Positions 51,765-64,000 of a stretch of DNA of 64,000 nt are shown here, in pieces; the first letter of the stretch is position 1; each line of letters opens with the position of its first letter. Below the pieces are notes generated by a model. That model made no database searches. It had not been told where the DNA came from and was given only the letters and a program-made list of their open reading frames with translations. The stretch comes from the human T2T-CHM13v2.0 reference genome, Homo sapiens: assembly GCF_009914755.1 (NCBI RefSeq), contig NC_060935.1, one strand, 5' to 3'. A program made the position numbers and the translations under genes.

Positions 51765-53457
51765 CAGTCAGGCACTGTATAATGTTTCAGTCAACAATGG
51801 ACCACATATATGATGGTGGTCCCATATGATTATAATGGAGCTTGATATGGTTTGGATCTGTGTCCCTGCCCAAATCTCATGTCGAACTGTCATTCCCAGT
51901 GTTGGAGGTGAAGCCTGGTGGGAGGTGATTGGATCACGGGGGCGGATTTCTCATGCCCATTTAGCACCATCCCATCGGTGATGTTCTTGTCATAGTGAGT
52001 GAGTGAGTTATCATGAGATCTGGATGTTTAAAAGTGTGTAGCACCTAGCCCCTCTCTTTCTTCTCCTGCTCTGGCCATGTAAAGTGCAGGCTCCTCTTTT
52101 GCCTTCCGCCATGATTGTAAGTTTCCTGAGGCCTCCCCAGAAGAAGGTGCCACCATGGTTCTCATATAGCCTGCAGAACCGTGAACCAATTAAATCTCTT
52201 TTCTTTATAAGTTACCCAGTCTCAGGTATTTTTGATAGCAATGCAAGAACAAACTAATACAGAGCTGATAAGCACCCATCAGCTATTGTCATTGTAGCCA
52301 ACATAATGTCATAGTACAATACATTACCCATGTGTTTGTGATGATGCTGGTGTAAACAAACCTACTGTGCTGCCATACGAAAGTCTAGCACATGCAATTG
52401 TGTACAGTACATAATTCTTGATAATAGTGATAAATGACTGTTTATGCATTTACTATACATTTTATCATTTATTTTAGAGTGTACCTTTTTTTTAAAAGTT
52501 AACTGTAAAACTGCTTCAGGCAGGTCCTTCAGAAGGCATTCCATGGTTACTGCCCTATGCAGGCATTATTATCATAGGAAACGACAGCTGCATCAGCGTT
52601 ACTGCCCTGAAAGACCTTCTAGTGGAACTTGATGTGAAGGTAGAAAACAGTGATATTGATGATCCTGATCCTGTGTAGGCCTGGGCTAATTCGTGTTTTG
52701 TGTCTTCATTCTCAAAAAATAGTTTAAAAAATAAAAAAAATTAAAGATAGTAGAAAGCTTATAGGATAAGGATATCAAGAAAAAAATATTTTTGTACCTC
52801 TGTGAAACGTTTGTGTTTAACCTAAGTGTTATTACAAAAGAGTCAAAAAAAGTTTTAAATTAAAAAGTTTATAAAGTAAAAAAGTTACTACAGTAAGCTA
52901 AGGTTAATTTATATTGATGAAAGAAAAATGCTTTTATAAATTTAGTGTAGTCTAGGCATACAATGTTCATAAAGTCTACATAGTGTACAGATTCACTCAC
53001 CACTCACTCACTGACTCACTTAGAGCAACTTCCAGTCTGGCAAGCTTCATTCCTGGTTAGTGCCCTATATAGTTGTACCATTTTTTATCTTTAATACCAT
53101 CTTTTTATTGTATTTTTTAATGTTAAAATATGTGTAGATACAGTAATATTTATTATTATGTTACAATTGCCTCCAGTATTCAGTAGAATTTCATGCTGTA
53201 TAGGTTTGTAGCCTAGGAGTAATAGGCTTGCTGGGCATGGTGGCTGACACCTCTACTCTCAGCTACTTGGAAGGCTGAGATGGGAGGATAACTTTCCCCA
53301 AGAAATTTTTAAAAGGCTATACCACATAGTCTAGGCATGTAGTAGGCTGTACCATAGAGGTTTGTGTAAGTTTAATCCATGGTGTTTGCACAATGGATAA
53401 ATTGCCTAAGGACATGTTTCTTAGAATGTGTCCCCATTGTTAAGTCACACATGACTG
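51765..53457. mobile_element. Tigger3b-like DNA transposon containing a nested MSTA and a short Alu fragment
   Basis: Termini CAGTCA...TGACTG; internal ggtgtaaacaaacctactgtgctgcc and cactcaccactcactcactgactca. Confidence 0.8.
51843..52261 (+). mobile_element. MSTA/MSTB solo LTR
   Basis: tgatatggtttggatctgtgtcc...actaataca; perfect 5-bp TSD GAGCT (51838-51842, 52262-52266). Confidence 0.9.
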
Positions 53458-54188
53458 TGTGTAATTAATTCAGGCCATTATTTTGTCATCTGTAAAATGG
53501 GGTGGATATAACCACACTCACAAAGTTATTTTGTATGCTTTATGCTGGGGAACAAATCTCTTCTTATTTCACTCCAACACCTTTAACAGACAAAGCTTGT
53601 TGGCCTGACAAATCTGTGACAATGCCCCTAGGCCCTGATTTGACAAGCTGTGAGATGCCCATTTTCGCTTGAGTCATAACTTTATTAGTGTTGACACATC
53701 CTGTTAATGGATTTTATTATGTGGTAATGATACAATGAAAGTTTACATTGTAGTAATAGCTACGACTATAATTGGGAGCCTATAGGGTAGCACATGCCTC
53801 ACAGAAATGATGTTAGTGTTTAAACTTGTCCTGCATTAAACCATGACACCTGGTAGAAATTAATGCCCTGGAGCAGGTGAGTCCTATGTTTGTCTTTATA
53901 TAATTCATTACTTGTTAAACCTACTGAAGTATGTATAGGGTCAGGCAAGGAAGCATACAGAGCTCATACTTAAAGAAAGGTGAAACGCCTGGTATTGAGC
54001 TTCCACTGTAGTCAGTTCTTAAATGTGAGTTATTTTTAAACTTCAGAACAACCCAACAAAGTTGAGATTAGAAAAATTGAATAATAAGCTCACGATCAAA
54101 AGCTAACAAGTGGGAAGAGATTATTCAGAACTGCCAGAAGAAACCTTCATGACTACAACTTGGATGTTTATCAAAAACTTCTTGGCTT

Positions 54189-55103
<915 letters not shown>

Positions 55104-56029
55104 TATCTCTCATTCTTGAACTCACCCCTGAACATGCCTTCAATTTATCTCCTTAGCGTTTGTTCTTTTCTCCCAACTCTCTGATCATCCTGCTAACACA
55201 GCTACTTCATTTGATCTATGTTTATCTGTTCTGTCACTTGAAGTTCCTCTTGGCCTGTGCTGCACTGATGTGATCCAGACAGAACGCAGGTCTACAATCC
55301 ATTGCAATTTCAGTAACTAAGACTGAGAAATGCCTAACGGTTTCTCACTTCCAGTTTATTCAATTCTTGGGAAAACTGGTTAGCTATTAATTTTCAATAC
55401 CCAAAGACCTCTGATTTTAAGGTTGTACACTTATACATATAATCCTGCGTCAACCATGGCATGACATTGACTTCAGTATTTTGCAACTTCTTCTTTTGTT
55501 GGAAATTACTGGTTTTTACACAGACTCATAACAAGTGAAAAGTTGATCTCTTTCCCATGCTTTTAGTTCCAATTTGACTGCTTCACAATGGGAACACAGT
55601 TTATTGTTAGATTTATATTCATTCTTTTCTCTATTCTGATAGTTTAGTCAAATATTGCAGGCCACTTGTGCTTGCTATAGAAAATACTATCAATGGAAGG
55701 AGGCAAAGTATCAAAGTAGGGGTTAGACGGACCTCAGAATCATGACTTCAGTGTTGTGAATATTAGAAAGCATAATTTTATGTTGTGTCCTATAATGGCC
55801 ATTATTATTTTAACAATACCTAAACACATAAAATAATGCTCTATGAATGCAGTTACTGTATTTCCAATGTGTAGGAGATACAGTAACAATGTGTTAGGTT
55901 AGTTGCTCTGTTGATTCCTTGGTGCAGTGGGCTTTTCTGGTGGGAAGACCCTCAGTGAGGAGGAAAGAAGCACTGAAGAAAAATTCTGGCTGTAGGGGAA
56001 TATGCGAAAGAAAAGGGCAATTATCATTT

Positions 56030-56230
56030 GTTGAATATTTTCAACATGACAGGCACTGTGCTAGGTGATCTAACCTCTTCTATCTTTACGACAATCCTGG
56101 AAGTTAGTATTATTTTCCCTTTACCATAGAAAGGAAACGAAGATTCAGAATGGTCAAGATCACAAAGAGTTGAGTGGCAGAGCAGATCTTGCAGCTTTGC
56201 ACTGCAATTCATTGGCCAGAACACTGCCCC
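56030..56230. mobile_element. MIR
   Basis: acaatcctggaagttagtattattttccctttaccatagaaaggaaac..caagatcacaa. Confidence 0.6.
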
Positions 56231-57110
56231 TTTAAGACATATGGGCTAGGTCTGGAAAAAAGCTACTACTTCCCCTTAGAGTGGTGTTTGGGGTTAAATT
56301 CTCTAAAAGGATTCAAACTGGAAGGCTAGAGCCTCGTTTAAAACCCAAACAAAACCCAAACAAGCAAAACCCCTACTTTCTAGTGCATTTGTGGGCTCAA
56401 AGACAGCAGGGGAAATCTCTAAACACTCCTCTTGAATCACTCTGTATCATGTTTCTGAGGCTGTGTTAATTTGCTCTAGTAAAGAAATCATGTCTGAAAT
56501 AGTAGCTGTGATGATAATTACCCACTAGGTAAGTTACCTGCTAGGTAGTTACCCACTAGGTAAGGCCACCGTCATGATGTATTGGGTTTATGCAAGGGCT
56601 CCAAGGATTCATTGAGTGAGGCTGTGAGAGGATTACCCTCCTTGTTGCTTTTAAAACTCTGATAGTGTAACCAGTCTGTGCAATCCTCCCAGGATGTGAC
56701 ATTGGTTTTTTGCTGCTTTTGGTTTACTATTTTGGCCAGAGTTTAGGAGGAGCAGTTTCAGGGGCTACTAGTTGGCCCTTCCTACCATAAAGATCTTATT
56801 CCAGAAGTCAGGGAACAACCACAAGATGGTCTGTGGGCCCGCTGGGCCCACTGTGAGATGACCTTGAGTCAGAACCCTATTTATCACTTTCCCTCATATA
56901 CCTCCTTTCTAAACTGGAAGGCCTTAATACCATGTTGGGACCTCTGATACCAGCTCAGTTCAGATCTGGTATCCAACTGTCCTTGCAAAATCTGAGTACT
57001 CTTCTTCCCCAGTGCACGGTTACCCTGGTGGATGGCCATAGGTACCTTTATGAGGATAATTTAAAAGACATATGTAATCCTTGGTATGTAGTGGCATCAC
57101 AGTTACTAAG

Positions 57111-57111
<1 letters not shown>

Positions 57112-57162
<51 letters not shown>

Positions 57163-57505
57163 TAGAGAGAGGGAGAGAGAGAGAGACTAGGTCCCCTTGA
57201 AGGAGGATTTCTGTCTCCATATATACACATACATATATATATACACACACACATACATATATGTATGTTTTTTATGATTTTTGTATACATATTATAACGT
57301 ATACATATTATGCATGTTTTATATTATTTGTACATACATATGATAAGTATGATTTGTATATACATATGTATATGTATATATAGTATATGTGTGTATATAA
57401 ATGGAGAGATATATGTATGCATGTGTACATACATATGTATATATATGTATATGGATATGGATGTGTATGTATATACATGTATATACATATACATCTGTAT
57501 GTATG
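57112..57505. repeat. Compound microsatellite (TG)n(AG)n followed by TA/CA/TG low-complexity tract
   Basis: Directly visible. Confidence 0.92.
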
Positions 57506-58464
57506 CACTTTTACCATTCTGCTATCCCATCATCTTTAATGATACTAGAGAGGCCAATTCCCCAGAAACACCTCATATTCTTAACCCACCTCACAGAGAA
57601 CAACCACCACCAGGTATCTCTGAGACACCAGTGTGCACCCTCACCAGTGTGGTCCTTATGGCTTCAATGAAAGCCAATGAAAAGAGTGCCCTCTGGGCCT
57701 TCCCAGGCAACAGAGTATGATGGTGGGTTCTTCAATTTCATGTAATAGATTCATTTTAAGGTTCAAATCTCTCTGTGCCTTCTGACTTCTTCCTCAAAAT
57801 CATGCCACAGAAATTCTGGCATCTCCACCTCATATGCCACAGGACATCATTGTGTCCAAGATTTGAGAATCCATGTCAGCAGAGTATTAGACAAGCTCCT
57901 GGTTTCCTTTCTAGGAAATTGATTCCCAAGTCAAGAATGTGTGTATCGATGTCAATAAATTCTTCTCTCTTCAGCCTTACATCCCCCAACTTAATCTGAT
58001 GCCTTTCAGATTTACTCCCATATGTGTTTCCTTGATTTCTGATGATACTTAATGCCCAGGTCCTATAATTCTTTTGGTTAGTAACCTATATTTCCTACCA
58101 TAGCTAGGATCTGAACTATGCTGAGACCTGATCTTAGTCATTTGCCTGAAAATAATGAGCAGAGGGAAGATCAATCTGGGATGAGGGCAAGCACTATCTT
58201 GTGAGGTTTTTGTCTCAAATGAGGTCTTTATCAATTCTCCATGCAAGCATAGTTTGTGCTCCTCTGGCAAGAGGGAGGTACTACTTCTGCCTGTGTAGAG
58301 CTTGCTTCTGCCTGTGTAAAGCTACTTGCAAGACTCCTGCCTACATAAACTTTCCTCCCAAATTAGTCATGATAAACTAGTGATTATCTTGACAAACTAT
58401 ATTATGCAGCATTAATCAAATAGAAAATCTTAGTGGCTTAGGAAATAAAAGTTGTATATATGTT

Positions 58465-59149
<685 letters not shown>

Positions 59150-59762
59150 TGATTTCCTGCTTAAGCAAAGTCTACTGAGGTTTGTGTAACTATTTGGAGC
59201 ATTTACCTCCAGCAATTCAGCTTGTTCTGTCTTGTGGCAACTCTCTCATGATGTACTTCTACCACAGGACAGAAGGAGTAGACTACTAGAGAAATTTCCA
59301 CCAGCAATTAAATGTTCCAGTCTGAAAATGATATTTGTCACTTCTTCACTCAACCCTCTGGCTAGAAGTAGTCAGATGCCCCACTGCCCACCACCCAACT
59401 CTGCAAGGAGTTGGACTGTGGGAAAATGGAACCCTCCCATATGTTCAGAAGAGACAAAATGACATACACCTAGAACGCTCTACCATGATGTCACTGATTT
59501 TACCTAAAACCACTTTTGGAATCCATAAATGGGGCAAGGGAAATGGATTCCCCTCCCCCACCCCAGTTTATATGGTATAAATTCCATGTGAATAGAGAAT
59601 AGTTGAGTTTTTTGTATATCCTCATTTCCCACATGAACATTTTTTATATTGTCTACTTCCCATTTCAAATTTGAAAAGCAGTCTCTGTAAGGGTGGCGTT
59701 GTCATCAGAAAGTAACAATAATAAATATAGAAAGTGTATAAAACAGTAGAAACAAGGTTGAC

Positions 59763-59768
59763 TTTATT
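59763..59768 (-). terminator. MMP1: MMP1 polyadenylation signal AATAAA
   Basis: TTTATT on plus about 465 nt past the stop codon, followed on minus by T-rich downstream sequence. Confidence 0.8.
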
Positions 59769-60041
59769 CCAAACATAAAACACTTATTTTGTGTTAGAAG
59801 AGTTATCCCTTGCCTATCCAGGGTGACACCAGTGACTGCACATGTGTTCTTGAGCTGCTTTTCCTCCGGCAAAGACTCATGTCTCCTGTCTCTTTCTGTC
59901 TTGAAAGGATATGTTTGTCACTGAAGCTGCTCTCTGGGATCAACGTCAGAGTTGCATACTCTAGAAAAGATCTTTGCAACTCTGGCCTATATGAATCCAT
60001 AAGCCACAAACTTGACTTTTTGTACCCACCATTTGTGGAAC

Positions 60042-60109
60042 TAAATTATATCAGTACAAAAAGGGCTACATTCTAAATAGTAAAAAAATATGCAAACTGA
60101 GGTATAAAT
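60042..60109 (-). promoter_or_regulatory. MMP1: Three AUUUA pentamers (AU-rich elements) in the MMP1 3'UTR
   Basis: TAAAT on plus at 60042-60046, 60074-60078 and 60105-60109. Confidence 0.6.
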
Positions 60110-60231
60110 AAGATTATATTCTGTGTATCAGTGACTCTAGAGGTTAAAAATGACTGAGAAAATAGACAGTTCTTCAGGAAAACACCTCCTTTGGACTCAC
60201 ACCATGTGTTTTCCATTCAAATTAGTAATGT

Positions 60232-62558
<2,327 letters not shown>

Positions 62559-62649
62559 CTGATTAGGAAAATAAGCAAGAAAAGTTTCCATCTAATTTCT
62601 GGTAATCTCTGGCAGATATCCAGCTCCAGCTCCTTCTTGTTGCTGGCAC

Positions 62650-63355
62650 TAGTGGTGTGCTGGTAAATGTATAACATTCAGCTCTCCAAAGAAGGGTTGG
62701 TTTATAGCATTTGCTGATTTCACTAGCTTGAAATACTCCCATTATGATGAATTTCAAGAGTCTCAGTGGAGCACCATTGTATAGCATACAAATAAAATAG
62801 GCATAAGTAACTTTAAGAACATAAATAAGTAGAAAAATGCAGTAAAAATTATGACAAACTGATGAATTTTTATTATTTTTATTACCTTTTATTTTAATGT
62901 AATTTAATTTTGTTTATATAATTTAAGTTTTATCTCTTTTTTATTTATTTACTTTTTTGAGACAGAGTCTCACTCTCTCACCCAGGCTGGAGTGTAGTGG
63001 TACAATCTTGGCTCAGAGCAACCTCTGCCTCCCAGATTCAAGGATTCTCCTGCCTCAGCCTCCTGAGTAGCTGGGATTACAGGTACAGGCCAACACGCCC
63101 AGCTAATTTTTGTACTTTTAGTAGAGACAGGGTTTCACCATATTGGCCAGGCTGGTCTTGAACTCCTGATCTCAAATGATTCCCCCGCCTCCGCCTCCCA
63201 AAGTGCTGCGATTACAAGTGTGAGCCACTGCACCTGGCCTATAATTTAATTTTTAATAATGGCTATGGTTCACAGCTAGCTTGCAAAATTCTTCAAAATT
63301 TAACAGTCAGCTTTGGTGAGCCATTAGGGATCGGCTGTGCACATTACCAACTGGA
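62650..63355. mobile_element. MER63-like hAT element interrupted by an AluS (about 62935-63239, minus) in MMP1 intron 6
   Basis: agtggtgtgctggtaaatgtataac start; Alu consensus in the middle. Confidence 0.65.
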
Positions 63356-64000
63356 CCATGACTCTAATATCCTATTATTTAGTGATTACTTACAACACAC
63401 CAGGCCCATTCCTTACATCAGACCTTATCACAAGGACACTACAAGAGAGTATTTGAGGATGAGAAATTGAGGTTGGGGAGACTAAGGGAGGTGTCTAAGG
63501 CCACCCAGCTGGTAAGAGGCTAAGGTTGATTTTTAAACTCCGCTCTGGCAGCCAATCCCTTTGTTGTCCCTTGGTTAGTAGTATTTACACAAAGTGGATT
63601 ATAGAGCTTAATAGGGACTAGGGTAACAGCACAGCATAGACTGTTATGTGGGCTGACACAGAAGAGCTCCAGATTCCAGGCCACAGGGAAGCCTACGGCC
63701 TTGGCTGTCGGAAACCTGACTTCTAGGTCCAGTCCTTCCTCTGCCTGGCTGTGATGCCTTAGGCAAATCAGTTACTATCTCTATCTCTAGCCTTTCATGT
63801 CTCCTCGACATGGCGACATTTAAATGATCTCTGTGTCCTTTCAATTCTGGCAAATCCTCAAATTGGTCCTGTTCCATCTAGTAATATTTGGTTTGATAGG
63901 TGTGTCCTGTTGTACTGAGAGGTTTCCTTTAAAACCATGTGTTTTCTTAACTTGTCCCAGCATTGAACCACACCCTGTATAGTTTACCTCCAGCCTTATC

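Noticed and set aside
56517-56565. Three copies of TTACC(CA/TG)CTAGGTA with partial dyad symmetry
   Set aside because: A short local tandem repeat; nothing supports function. The 2 x 44-bp repeat at about 35865-35940 is rejected for the same reason.
57308-57720. Tyr/Ile/Cys/Met-rich ORFs
   Set aside because: Translations of TA/TG low-complexity repeats.

Overview
Primate genomic DNA, most likely human, from the matrix-metalloproteinase cluster (11q22 in human). All MMP genes lie on the minus strand. The window holds a complete 10-exon MMP10 (476 aa, with Lys at residue 53) and the last four exons plus 3'UTR of MMP1. At 20.9-24.9 kb there is an unprocessed MMP1-paralog pseudogene that keeps an MMP1-type promoter and canonical splice sites but has lost exons 5-7 (the zinc-binding exon included). 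At 36.4-37.9 kb there is a TSD-flanked retrocopy of the 5' part of SACS (sacsin) with a CpG-rich head, a non-canonical exon composition and an out-of-order internal segment. A full-length L1PA2/3-type LINE-1 (11.3-17.3 kb) has a dead ORF1, a 1028-aa EN+RT ORF2 and an intact antisense ORF0 pointing into the MMP cluster; it is nested in an older L1. The rest is a CA-rich minisatellite and Alu, MIR, L2, MaLR/ERV LTR and DNA-transposon relics. I see no demonstrable new biological system. The best candidates are regulatory: L1 antisense-promoter transcription across the cluster, a retrocopy-derived CpG promoter, and a promoter-intact MMP1 pseudogene. Gene and repeat identities rest on my recall of reference sequences, not on database searches, and boundaries of old repeats are approximate.
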